Shown piece after piece: positions 30,809 to 39,757 of a DNA stretch of 64,000 nucleotides (position 1 is the first letter of the stretch; each line of letters begins with the position of its first letter). This stretch comes from Planctomycetota bacterium. GTDB lineage: Bacteria; Planctomycetota; SZUA-567; H5-PLA8. The DNA lies in NCBI GenBank assembly GCA_038227875.1, contig JBBRPR010000005.1:64001-128000 (forward strand), read 5' to 3'. Position numbers and translations under genes: made by a program. The notes under the pieces are model-generated. The model did no database searches. It was not told where the DNA came from and saw only the letters and a list, made by a program, of their open reading frames with translations.

Positions 30809-31906
30809 ATGCCAAAAATGAGAACCGCATCGCTGCTTACACTGATGCTGGCCAGCGCATTTCTGAACGGTTGCTCGCAGATGCTCGCGAAGACTTTCGT
30901 GAACACGCAGCCGGAAGTTTCGATCCGCACAAAAGAGTACGCCGATCCGCTGAAGATCGTCGACGGTCACGGCGAAGTTTACACGCCACCGGCCACCAGC
31001 GGGCAATCCGAATTGCTGCAACGTTACGCGCCGGTGATCGTGCAAGGCGTCGAAGCGCCCACCGACCGCGCGTACGCGTTCGATTCCGATCAACTCGGCC
31101 AGCCGGAACTGATCGCGCAAACCGACAGCACGTTCTCCGTTTCGATCGATGTGAATTCCCCCGCGGTGTTTGCCAGCGAAGAGAAAACGCATCTCGGCAA
31201 GACGGAATTGAAGCAGCTCGTCTACGTGTTCTGGTATCCGCGCCACCCGGTAGGCATGGTTGAAAAGGGCGACATCGACGGCGGCGTGCTGCGCATCACG
31301 CTCGACGCCGCGGATCGGCCGTCCATTTACGAATACGTGATGGCGTGCGGTTGCTGGCATGGAATGTTTGTCAGCGAACACGTCGAAGCGTGGGCTCAGA
31401 AGGAATTCGCGCAGCGCGAAAAAGGCAAGAAGTGGTTCGTCGAAAGACCGGTCGACAACGAAGACGACTGGAAAGTCCGCGACATTGTCTGGGACGTTTC
31501 CAGCGCCGGACGTCCGGTGGTTTTCCTCGCCGCCGGCAAGCACGAATGCCTGGCGATCCAGACCGACAAACTCGTGGGCAATCTCGCCGCGCTCTCGCCC
31601 AAGAGCTACGCGTTGCAGGATTATGCGCAGCTCGACGCCTTGCCGGTCCGCGGCGGCGCCTCGAAGACGCAGACGGCGTCGATGTTCAATCCCGACGGCC
31701 TGGTCTGGGGCGGGCGGCGCAAAGGCGAAGAGAAGATGTTCGCGAAGCTCGACCACGGCGGCTGGCCGCGCCGACTGGATGCGATGAAGATTCACTGGGA
31801 TCAGGAATCCTGGAACAAAACCAATCTGCTCGAACAGTTCATGCGACTGCCCGGCGACATGACCCACGCGCAAGCGAGTTCACCCGTGTTGAAAGTCAAA
31901 TCCTGA
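30809..31906 (+). CDS. Uncharacterised lipoprotein with a CGCWH motif
   Basis: Lipobox FLNGC after a hydrophobic signal; DGGVLRITLD...YEYVMACGCWH core. Confidence 0.75.
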   Translation: MPKMRTASLLTLMLASAFLNGCSQMLAKTFVNTQPEVSIRTKEYADPLKIVDGHGEVYTPPATSGQSELLQRYAPVIVQGVEAPTDRAYAFDSDQLGQPELIAQTDSTFSVSIDVNSPAVFASEEKTHLGKTELKQLVYVFWYPRHPVGMVEKGDIDGGVLRITLDAADRPSIYEYVMACGCWHGMFVSEHVEAWAQKEFAQREKGKKWFVERPVDNEDDWKVRDIVWDVSSAGRPVVFLAAGKHECLAIQTDKLVGNLAALSPKSYALQDYAQLDALPVRGGASKTQTASMFNPDGLVWGGRRKGEEKMFAKLDHGGWPRRLDAMKIHWDQESWNKTNLLEQFMRLPGDMTHAQASSPVLKVKS

Positions 31907-31920
31907 GCCAAGGAACACCG

Positions 31921-32817
31921 ATGCCTAACCAGAGTCCGCTCGCCACGAATCTTCCCGCAACCCAGAACGCGTCACCCGTGGACGAGCAGGTGCTGAAAGT
32001 GGCCTTCACGCCTGATCCCGATGATGCGTACGCGTGGTGGGCGGTCTGTTCCAAGCGCAAGGGCATTCGCGGTTATCGCATCGAAACGTTTCCGCGCCAC
32101 ATTCAGGAAATCAACGAGAGCTGCAGAACCCGTCAGGAATACGACATCGCGGCCGTCTCCTCCGCTGCGTACCCCTATTTAAGCGCCAACTACGCGATCC
32201 TCTCGGCCGGCGCATCGGTCGGGCGCGGTTACGGACCGGCGCTGGCGTCCAAGACACTGCAGACGGAGCAGGATCTGATCGCGGGTATGCGCGTTGGCAT
32301 TCCCGGCGAACTCACGACCGGCGCGCTGCTGCTGCGTCTTTACTTTCCAGGTGTGAAGACCGTCGAGCTCCCGTTCGATCAGGTTGCGCCCGCAATTCTG
32401 CGCGGCGAGCTCGATGCCGGCGTGCTGATCCACGAGGAACTTCTCAACTGGCGTGCCGCCGGTCTGCGCAAACTCGCGTGCCTGGGGCAGAAGTGGACTG
32501 AGGCGACCGGACTGCCGTTGCCGGTCGGATTGAATGTCGTGCGGCGCGGCCTGGGCAAGAATTTGATTCGCCGCATCGGCTCATTGGTCCGCGAAAGCAT
32601 GAAGGAAGCCGACGGCCACAAGGCCGAAGCAACCCAGTTCGCCATGACCTATTCGCGAGAAGCCGAACCGGAAATTGGCGCGCGCTTCATCCACATGTTC
32701 GCCAATCAGGACACGATCAAGCTCGACAACCAGTGTCTGGAAGCGCTGCGCGTCCTCTATCAGTCCGCCCACGCCGAAGGTCTGATCGACCGCGTCCCGG
32801 CCGTGGACGTGAACTAA
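31921..32817 (+). CDS. MqnD-like (MqnA/MqnD/SBP family) protein
   Basis: FTPDPDDAY, DIAAVS, GASVGRGYGP, PGELTTG, GVLIHE, TGLPLPVG. The real start is ATG 31921; the upstream part of ORF 31345 overlaps the lipoprotein gene. Confidence 0.85.
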   Translation: MPNQSPLATNLPATQNASPVDEQVLKVAFTPDPDDAYAWWAVCSKRKGIRGYRIETFPRHIQEINESCRTRQEYDIAAVSSAAYPYLSANYAILSAGASVGRGYGPALASKTLQTEQDLIAGMRVGIPGELTTGALLLRLYFPGVKTVELPFDQVAPAILRGELDAGVLIHEELLNWRAAGLRKLACLGQKWTEATGLPLPVGLNVVRRGLGKNLIRRIGSLVRESMKEADGHKAEATQFAMTYSREAEPEIGARFIHMFANQDTIKLDNQCLEALRVLYQSAHAEGLIDRVPAVDVN

Positions 32818-32989
32818 TTGCTCGCCAGTACGACAGGCGACCTTACCCGCGATCCGTCAATCTTCTTTCGCGTTAGTGCTGGGCGGTTCGTCGCTGATGC
32901 GCCGGCGGTCAGCGCCTCGTTTCTTGTCGCACGATTTCAGCGGACTAGAGAGAAAGACTGCAGCGAAGAACCGTGTCCGCAACCGGTGC

Positions 32990-33017
32990 TTGATAGAAAG
33001 CCGAACGACGCTACTAT
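32990..33017 (+). promoter_or_regulatory. Putative sigma70 promoter of tRNA-Lys
   Basis: TTGATA-16 nt-TACTAT, about 55 bp upstream of the tRNA. Confidence 0.55.
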
Positions 33018-33070
33018 TCTCCACCGGCGCATTTCCCCACCGCGCCGCGCAGAGCTCCGCCAGAACCTTC

Positions 33071-33143
33071 GAAGGGGTAGCTCAATAGGTAGAGCAACGG
33101 ATTTTTAATCCGTTGGTCGCGGGTTCGATTCCCGCCCCCTTCA
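33071..33143 (+). tRNA. tRNA-Lys (anticodon UUU), CCA not encoded
   Basis: Acceptor GAAGGGG/CCCCTTC, D arm GCTC/GAGC, anticodon stem ACGGA/TCCGT with loop TTTTTAA, T arm GCGGG-TTCGATT-CCCGC, discriminator A. Confidence 0.95.
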
Positions 33144-33158
33144 TTTACTATCCGCTCA

Positions 33159-34055
33159 CTACTCCCGAATGATCACCGTCTTGCCGTTTTTTTCGAAACA
33201 CTTCAGGTAATCGGCGAGCGGTCCTAGGCCCATTTCTTTGCGGTAGTCGTCTACTTTCTCGCGGTTTTCAAGCGGGTAGAGGCTTAAATTTCCGTCCGGT
33301 TCGTAAGTGAGTTGCGAGCCATAACGCTGACGTGCGCCGATGTTCGTCTGGAGGCGGTCATAGAGCAATGCAAAGGCGCCGCCGTCGGCAAGGAGTCCGG
33401 CTTTCAGATCCTTCTCAATTTCCACGATCGACGCGAGCATCAGCGGCATATGATTGCTGTGCTGCACGAGCAGAAAGGCCTGACCGGCGCTCCTGGCGCC
33501 AAATCGCTTCGCGTCAATCCAGCCAGACTCCAGGGCCAACTTCTCGACGTAAGCGGTGTTGTCCATGTCCACCGCGATAATCGTTTCCGGCACGAACGGT
33601 CCATTGCGCATGGCCTGGTCGACTTCAACCCGCTGCTCCAACTGTTTCTGAATGGCCGAGATTTCCTCTCCGTTGATAGTTTTAGCCCCAAAGACCATCG
33701 GCTTGCATTCGATCTCGAGCGGCGTGTGATCGAGTTTTGAAAACACCGTCGTGCCGCATGGACCTGGAGTCCACTGCTGTGTCCATTCCAGCTTCCCTTC
33801 TTTAATGAGAAAGTGCGAGCTGAATGAACGCTGCTCCCGGACTGTTCCGGTGCGCGCATCCTTCGTGGCTTCAAGCCAGACCTGGTCGCGCTCGTATTTC
33901 GGCGTGTACTTTGCCAGCGAACCGTGCATGGAGATGGTGATCAGGCGAGGCTCGAACCGTATGAACTCCCGCGGCGGTGAGCGATCGGCTTTCCAGCAAC
34001 CGAAAAGGTCTCTGGCAGGACCAGGAATATCCAATTCGTTGACATCGTTGCTCAT
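33159..34055 (-). CDS. DUF6624-like domain protein with an extra N-terminal domain
   Basis: C-terminal DQAMR...AFLLVQH...ALLYDR...QRYGSQ...VDDYRKEMGLGPLADY. Confidence 0.75.
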   Translation of the reverse strand: MSNDVNELDIPGPARDLFGCWKADRSPPREFIRFEPRLITISMHGSLAKYTPKYERDQVWLEATKDARTGTVREQRSFSSHFLIKEGKLEWTQQWTPGPCGTTVFSKLDHTPLEIECKPMVFGAKTINGEEISAIQKQLEQRVEVDQAMRNGPFVPETIIAVDMDNTAYVEKLALESGWIDAKRFGARSAGQAFLLVQHSNHMPLMLASIVEIEKDLKAGLLADGGAFALLYDRLQTNIGARQRYGSQLTYEPDGNLSLYPLENREKVDDYRKEMGLGPLADYLKCFEKNGKTVIIRE

Positions 34056-34154
34056 GCTCGCAGTGTATCCGCAGCTTGATTCAGTTTGTTTTCAAAAAAT
34101 AAATTGTATGAACCATCAGTGGCCGATGCCTAAAAACCATCTGGAGTTGTAACC

Positions 34155-34754
34155 ATGAGCACTGAAACTGCACCCACATTAATCAGCTCCATCCGCGCCG
34201 AATACGAACGGTACAAAGCGCTCAGCGAAGGCGCGTTTGCGCAGGTGAACGATGCGGATCTGTGCGCGCGGACGGGGGATGGCACCAATTCCATCGCCGT
34301 CCTCGTGTGGCACCTTTCTGGAAATCTGGCATCGCGCTTTACAGACTTCCTGACGACCGATGGTGAAAAGCCATGGCGCAAGCGCGATGAGGAATTTTCG
34401 GCGCGGGTCGTTTCGCGGGATGAACTGTTGAAGAAGTGGGAGTTGGGCTGGGCCGTGCTGTTCAGCGCGCTCGATGCGCTGACCGACGAGGATTTGCAGC
34501 GCGTCGTAATGATTCGCAAACAGCCGTTGCGCGTGCATCAGGCGCTGCAGCGGTCTCTGGCGCATGCCAGCTATCATGCCGGTCAGATTGTCCTGATCGC
34601 GCGATCGTTTTGCGGCGAGCACTGGAAATCGCTGACCATCCCGCCGGGAGGTTCGCAGGCCTACAACAGCGATCCGAAATTTGAGCAGGCGGGCGGGCAC
34701 GCGGAAAAGTTGCGCGCGTCAACAGACGCGTCGCGTGAGCCGAAACAAAAATGA
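34155..34754 (+). CDS. DinB superfamily protein (DUF1572-like)
   Basis: NSIAVLVWHLSGNLASRFTDFLTTDGEKPWRKRDEEF and HASYHAGQIV. Confidence 0.9.
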   Translation: MSTETAPTLISSIRAEYERYKALSEGAFAQVNDADLCARTGDGTNSIAVLVWHLSGNLASRFTDFLTTDGEKPWRKRDEEFSARVVSRDELLKKWELGWAVLFSALDALTDEDLQRVVMIRKQPLRVHQALQRSLAHASYHAGQIVLIARSFCGEHWKSLTIPPGGSQAYNSDPKFEQAGGHAEKLRASTDASREPKQK

Positions 34755-34772
34755 GTTTGTTATTGAACAGCG

Positions 34773-37193
34773 CTACGTATGAACGTGCGCGCGTATGCCC
34801 CGCCACATGTTGATACCGGCTCCGCACAGAAGAAGAACGGCCGCGGCGCCGGCCAGGTACAAACCCCACGTGAACGATTCGGGCTGGTACTTGAATTGGA
34901 CGGTGTGTTCTCCGGCGGGAAACTGGATGCCGCGGAGCATGACGTCGGTCGGGAAGATGGGGACTTCGCTGCCGTCCAGGTACGCCTTCCATCCCGGGTA
35001 ACACGCGTCACTGACGACCAGAAGGCCCGGCCGGCCCGATGCGGCGCGTACGGTCATTGAGTTTGCGCTCCGATTAATCACGGTCGCGGGCACCGGATCG
35101 GACGGCTCGTTCAAATGTGTTAATGCTTCGGTCGCCGGGCCATCAACGATGGCGATGCGGCTCGCAGACCAATCGGGTTTGCGCATAAGCTGCACGGCTT
35201 CGTCAGGATCCTGTGCGTGCTGCACGGCGTAAACGATGAACGCGCGCGGAAACGCGTTCGCATTGCGGAATATTTTCACTTCACCGTCGTACACGCGTTC
35301 AAAACGCAGTCCGGACGGAGCAACTCCAGAAAACGAACTGTGTTGCTTTTCACTTTCCAGACCCGGCGGAAGTGCATTCAGTACGATGAAGTAGCGGATG
35401 TTCAATAAATCAAAGCATGAGCCGTAATTCATTTCCGTTTCAGTGCCGACGATACGCAGTTCCTTGTTGGGCGTCAGGAGTGCATTCGAGTACTTGAATT
35501 TTCGCGCTTCGAGCACGCTGCTGACGTGCCTCACATCGTCGATGCCATAGGCCAGCTGGACCTCCGGATAGAGAATGGAATCGCGGGCATAGGTGCGAAA
35601 GCAATCGTCTTGAGCCTGGAGGAATTTCAGATACGGCGCGGGCGCGTAGGGGTCGTGACGCAACGGCCGATGACTCTTGTAAAAGGCGACCTGTAGTTCG
35701 CATACTAGCAGGAGAATTACGGCGGTGGTGAAAACGCGTCGTGGAAGTCGAATTGCTCCTCCCATCACGAGGACGGCAATGGGGGCGCACAGAAAGCTGA
35801 GCGCAAACGTGCAGGCCATCGCCATTTTCGCCGAACTGGCAAAGTACTGCTCCGGAATCAGCACCAGCGTGTAGACGAACATCAGCACGGTCGCCGCGAT
35901 GGCTGACAGCGCAGTGCGTATCTGCGACTGTCGAGACAAGAGCAGCGACAATCCACAGGCACCCAGCGCAGCGAATGAAAATTCGATCGTCGACGTGGTG
36001 TACCGGACGAGCCCGACCTGGCGGTATACCGGCAACGTTCCCAGCCAGTTCGTGCCGGGAAATCCGTATTGCTTCAGCAGAAAAAATGCGCCGTACGCGC
36101 CGAAGAAGACCACCGCGGCGCGGCGGCGTGAATTTTTGAAGACCACCAGCAGCGCAGCCACGGCCAGCGGCCAGACAACCAGATGGTAATTGGGATAGTA
36201 CCGCTGCGCCCGCGTCAGGTAATAGGGAATGAAGGCGCAGATCCGGTCATAGGGCTCAGCGCGGATGGTTCCCGCGAATTCGGTTGGGTCGTGCGCGCTG
36301 AAGCCATGGGCCACATTTTCAAGAAAGGGGAACAGCACCGGAGCGCCCAGCGCAAAGCCAAGCAGGCACGAGGCGACAAACCAGGCGACATCGCGCGCGA
36401 CGCCACGCAATCCCAATCCTGTTTCCCACGCTTTCACCGCCGACACGCAGAGAAACCAGAGCCCCGCGAATTGCAGCACCACGAATGTGGCCTCGGCGAA
36501 ATCGGCGAAAAGCAGCCACGTCACGCAGGCTGAAAATTGAGCGCCGTGGCGGAAGCTCACTTGGAGCGCCAGAGCATGGGCGCAGTAAAGCGTCAGCGGC
36601 AGGAGCGTGAAGACATGCAGGTCCGCATGATTGACGAAGTAGAAGGCGTGATTTGAAAACATGTACGCCGCGGCCCCGAACAAGGCCGGACCAAACGACA
36701 GGCGGAGCTTTTGTAAGAATAAAAAGGTAAAGGACCCGGCGATGAGGTAGCGCACGAGGATTTCCAGGTCGACGACCCACGCGTATAAAGAATCGGAGAC
36801 CACTACGGCCGGCCAATTCAGTGGATCGAATACGCCCACTTGCCCGCAACCGAGATGCGGCCTGCCGAGAAAAGAGTGAGGTGCCCACAGCGGCACTTCT
36901 CCATTCCGTAGCATCGCGCGGGTAAAATAGCGAAAGGGCTCCAGCGTCCACGCGACGGCTCCGGGATCGGGGCAAAATACCAGCGGCGCGGCTGCATCCG
37001 TGGACGGATTGGCCGAGACGGGCAGGGTGCCGTCCAGGAGCGAATCCATGAAAAACGTTCGGCCCTGAAATGCGACATCGCGGAAATGAAACGCCAACAG
37101 AAAGGAGAGACAGACGAATGCGGCGAGCTTCGGTCGCCGGGTCGTGATTCCGCGAACCCACCCATTGGCCCTGCTTAAGAAACGGATTTTCAT
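34773..37193 (-). CDS. YfhO family polytopic membrane protein (GT-C glycosyltransferase-like)
   Basis: GEVPLWAPHSFLGRP, many TM helices, NANAFPRAF, LLVVSDACYPGWKA, GEHTVQFKYQP. Confidence 0.88.
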   Translation of the reverse strand: MKIRFLSRANGWVRGITTRRPKLAAFVCLSFLLAFHFRDVAFQGRTFFMDSLLDGTLPVSANPSTDAAAPLVFCPDPGAVAWTLEPFRYFTRAMLRNGEVPLWAPHSFLGRPHLGCGQVGVFDPLNWPAVVVSDSLYAWVVDLEILVRYLIAGSFTFLFLQKLRLSFGPALFGAAAYMFSNHAFYFVNHADLHVFTLLPLTLYCAHALALQVSFRHGAQFSACVTWLLFADFAEATFVVLQFAGLWFLCVSAVKAWETGLGLRGVARDVAWFVASCLLGFALGAPVLFPFLENVAHGFSAHDPTEFAGTIRAEPYDRICAFIPYYLTRAQRYYPNYHLVVWPLAVAALLVVFKNSRRRAAVVFFGAYGAFFLLKQYGFPGTNWLGTLPVYRQVGLVRYTTSTIEFSFAALGACGLSLLLSRQSQIRTALSAIAATVLMFVYTLVLIPEQYFASSAKMAMACTFALSFLCAPIAVLVMGGAIRLPRRVFTTAVILLLVCELQVAFYKSHRPLRHDPYAPAPYLKFLQAQDDCFRTYARDSILYPEVQLAYGIDDVRHVSSVLEARKFKYSNALLTPNKELRIVGTETEMNYGSCFDLLNIRYFIVLNALPPGLESEKQHSSFSGVAPSGLRFERVYDGEVKIFRNANAFPRAFIVYAVQHAQDPDEAVQLMRKPDWSASRIAIVDGPATEALTHLNEPSDPVPATVINRSANSMTVRAASGRPGLLVVSDACYPGWKAYLDGSEVPIFPTDVMLRGIQFPAGEHTVQFKYQPESFTWGLYLAGAAAVLLLCGAGINMWRGIRAHVHT

Positions 37194-37450
37194 GGGGATG
37201 GGAATAGGCGGACAAAATCGTGCTTACGCCGCCGGGCTCCTTACATTCAAAAAATGGAATGACGGGATGTTGCCATTGGTTGTTACGAATGTCAATTGCG
37301 CCACTTTTGGCGCACTTGCACTAACCCGTCGAAGACTTGCACATTCCGGCTAAACAGCGTCTTGCGGTGCCTTCCCGGTTCCCACGATTAACTCCCGGTG
37401 TAGAAACGGTGTGAAGCGCGTGAGTCTCTCGCGCTTCAACCGGGAGGTGC

Positions 37451-38833
37451 GTGATGAAGATGACTGCGCGAATTTGTGTGCTGATGCTCAGTGGAGCTCT
37501 CGCCACGACGGCGTGCGCTGCAACCAGCGATGCCGCTGCGGAATCCAAAGTAGTCGCGGCAGTACCGGCGGGAATGACGTCAGCGGCTGCGGCGAAGGGC
37601 GCAGCCTCCTGGCCATGCTACCGCGGAAAAAATCAGGACAGCATCTCCACCGAGGCGCTGGACACGCACTGGCCGGACGGGGGGCCCAAACGACTCTGGT
37701 CGGCGCAGATCTGGTTCGGTTACGCGTCGCTGGCCATCGCGGGCAATCGCGCCTACACGACCGGTTCCAACGGCAATGGATCGGAGACCTGCGTTTACTG
37801 CCTGAATCTCGATACCGGCGCGGAAATCTGGAAGACCAAACTGCCCGTGGGCAAAGGGACCGGCTGGCATGGATATGGTTCCGAAGCGACACCGGTTTTC
37901 GACGACAAGCGCGTTTATGCGATCACGCCGATGGGCGTCACCGCGGCGGTGGACATCGAGACCGGCAAACTGGTCTGGTCATACGATCAAGTGGAACACG
38001 GCGTGGGCAAGAATCACTATGGTTTCGCCGCCTCGCCACTGCTCTATAAGGATCTGATCATCATGAATTGCGGCATCGCGCTCAAAGCGGCTACCGGCGA
38101 AATTGCCTGGCAGGAGAAGAACGTCACCAACCCCTGGTTCTCCACGCCGTTTCTCTTGTCTCAGGATGGAAAAGACACGGTAATTATGAACAGCTTCCCG
38201 CCGGGGAAAAATCGGCTCTTCGGCATTAACCCTCTGACCGGCGAAGAGCTGTGGACGTTCGAACTTTCCGGCTGGCCGCACGGCAACTGGCAAGGGGTCT
38301 CCGATATCCTGCGCATCAGCAACGATCAGATTTTCTACGGTAACGGGGCACTACTGAAGATCGCCAACAACACCTGCTCCGTGGTCAATGACAAACTGCC
38401 GTACTCCAACACGTACCTCGGCAATCCGGTTTTCTGCAACGGCCACGTCTTCGGGTTTTCCGTGATCAGCGGCGATCCGCCGAAGGCCGCCGATCTGGCC
38501 GCCTCACGGTTGCAGTGCCTGGACCTGAAAACCGGCAAGCAGTCCTGGCAGAAGACCGGCATGGCCGGGACCTGCTCGATCGCCGATGGCAAATTGCTGA
38601 TCATGACCGCCGAAGGAAAGCTGATTGTCGCGGAGACTTCCGGAGAAGCGTACAAGGAAATCGTCAGCGCAAAAATTTACGAGTCCAACATGACGCCGGA
38701 CGGAAAAACCATGAGCGGCCGCGACGGCGCGTGGATCATGCCGATACTTGTTAACGGGCGCATCTACTGCCGAAACATTCGCAACGGGATGAGTGAGATC
38801 GTGTGTCTCGATGTGAAACAAGCAGAGAAGTAG
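37451..38833 (+). CDS. PQQ-binding-like (BamB-like) beta-propeller protein
   Basis: Signal peptide; WPCYRG, WPDGGPKRLW, CLNLDTGAEIW, LQCLDLKTGKQSW, PILVNGRIYCRN; GGGAGG RBS. Confidence 0.9.
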   Translation: MMKMTARICVLMLSGALATTACAATSDAAAESKVVAAVPAGMTSAAAAKGAASWPCYRGKNQDSISTEALDTHWPDGGPKRLWSAQIWFGYASLAIAGNRAYTTGSNGNGSETCVYCLNLDTGAEIWKTKLPVGKGTGWHGYGSEATPVFDDKRVYAITPMGVTAAVDIETGKLVWSYDQVEHGVGKNHYGFAASPLLYKDLIIMNCGIALKAATGEIAWQEKNVTNPWFSTPFLLSQDGKDTVIMNSFPPGKNRLFGINPLTGEELWTFELSGWPHGNWQGVSDILRISNDQIFYGNGALLKIANNTCSVVNDKLPYSNTYLGNPVFCNGHVFGFSVISGDPPKAADLAASRLQCLDLKTGKQSWQKTGMAGTCSIADGKLLIMTAEGKLIVAETSGEAYKEIVSAKIYESNMTPDGKTMSGRDGAWIMPILVNGRIYCRNIRNGMSEIVCLDVKQAEK

Positions 38834-38981
38834 CCGCGGCCGGATTTGCCTGTTTTCGGAATTTATTTCCACAGCATCGGCCGTTTTAGATCAATTCAAA
38901 ACCTTCCTGCTGGACAGCCAACACCCCTATGGAGAAACTACGTTGGACGAATATGTGTAGACCGCTGAGGAGTGGTCAACT

Positions 38982-39716
38982 ATGCAGCGATTATCGGTGA
39001 TTCTGATCTGCTCGATTCTGCTTAGCACGATCACAATCCGCGCCGACACAGTGTTCCTGACCAACGGCATGGAAGTCGAAGGGACCGTGACGGAGGACGG
39101 AAAATCCGTCGTGATCATCCGGACGCACACGGGAAGTGTGCGGACGTTCCGTCGCGCGGAAGTGGACGCGGTCGTGCGCGACAAGAGCACGATGGCCGCT
39201 CCCCCGCCCTCTCCTTCGCCAGCGAACGTGTCCCAGCCCACACTGCCGCCCGCGGTTAATCCCGAAGTAAAATCCATCCCTGACAAACCGGCCGATCAGC
39301 CCCTCGTGGAGCCGGGGCCCACATCGAATCCGAATCTGGTCTGGAGCGAATCGCTGGTGGACGCCAAGGCGCTGGCGAAATCGCGCAGCAAGCTCATCCT
39401 CGCCAATTTCACCGGCAGCGACTGGTGCGTCTTCTGCAAGAAGCTGGAGAAGGAAGTGTTCGCGACGCCGGACTTCGAGGCATGGGCCAATGAGAATTTC
39501 ATCCTGCTCAAGCTCGACTTGCCCTCCGAAAAGGTGAAACAGGACCCGGCGACCCGAAAACAGAATCAAGACCTGGTGAAGAAATTTGAGATCAGTGGTT
39601 ACCCCACCGTCGTGATTCTGACAGCAGACGGCAACGAGGTGGCGCGCAAAGCAGGCTACAGCGAAAAAGGCGCGAAACACTGGATCGCCGTGGTCACCGA
39701 GTTGATGAAAAAATAG
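38982..39716 (+). CDS. Exported thioredoxin-family protein with N-terminal beta domain and Pro-rich linker
   Basis: ANFTGSDWCVFCKKLEKEVF and GYPT; signal peptide. Confidence 0.9.
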   Translation: MQRLSVILICSILLSTITIRADTVFLTNGMEVEGTVTEDGKSVVIIRTHTGSVRTFRRAEVDAVVRDKSTMAAPPPSPSPANVSQPTLPPAVNPEVKSIPDKPADQPLVEPGPTSNPNLVWSESLVDAKALAKSRSKLILANFTGSDWCVFCKKLEKEVFATPDFEAWANENFILLKLDLPSEKVKQDPATRKQNQDLVKKFEISGYPTVVILTADGNEVARKAGYSEKGAKHWIAVVTELMKK

Positions 39717-39757
39717 CTCAGCTTGCGTTCATCCCGGTTCACAGTAAAGATGACGGC

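Noticed and set aside
31345..31920. N-terminal extension of the MqnD-like ORF
   Set aside because: Arg-rich alternative frame of the lipoprotein gene; ATG 31921 has an AAGGA RBS.
37320..37390. Faint resemblance to a c-di-GMP-I riboswitch (CCGGCTAAAC)
   Set aside because: The GNRA tetraloop stem and GCAAA elements could not be found.
33143..39000. Possible integrative element at tRNA-Lys
   Set aside because: Some genes look AT-richer, but I found no integrase or repeated tRNA 3' end.
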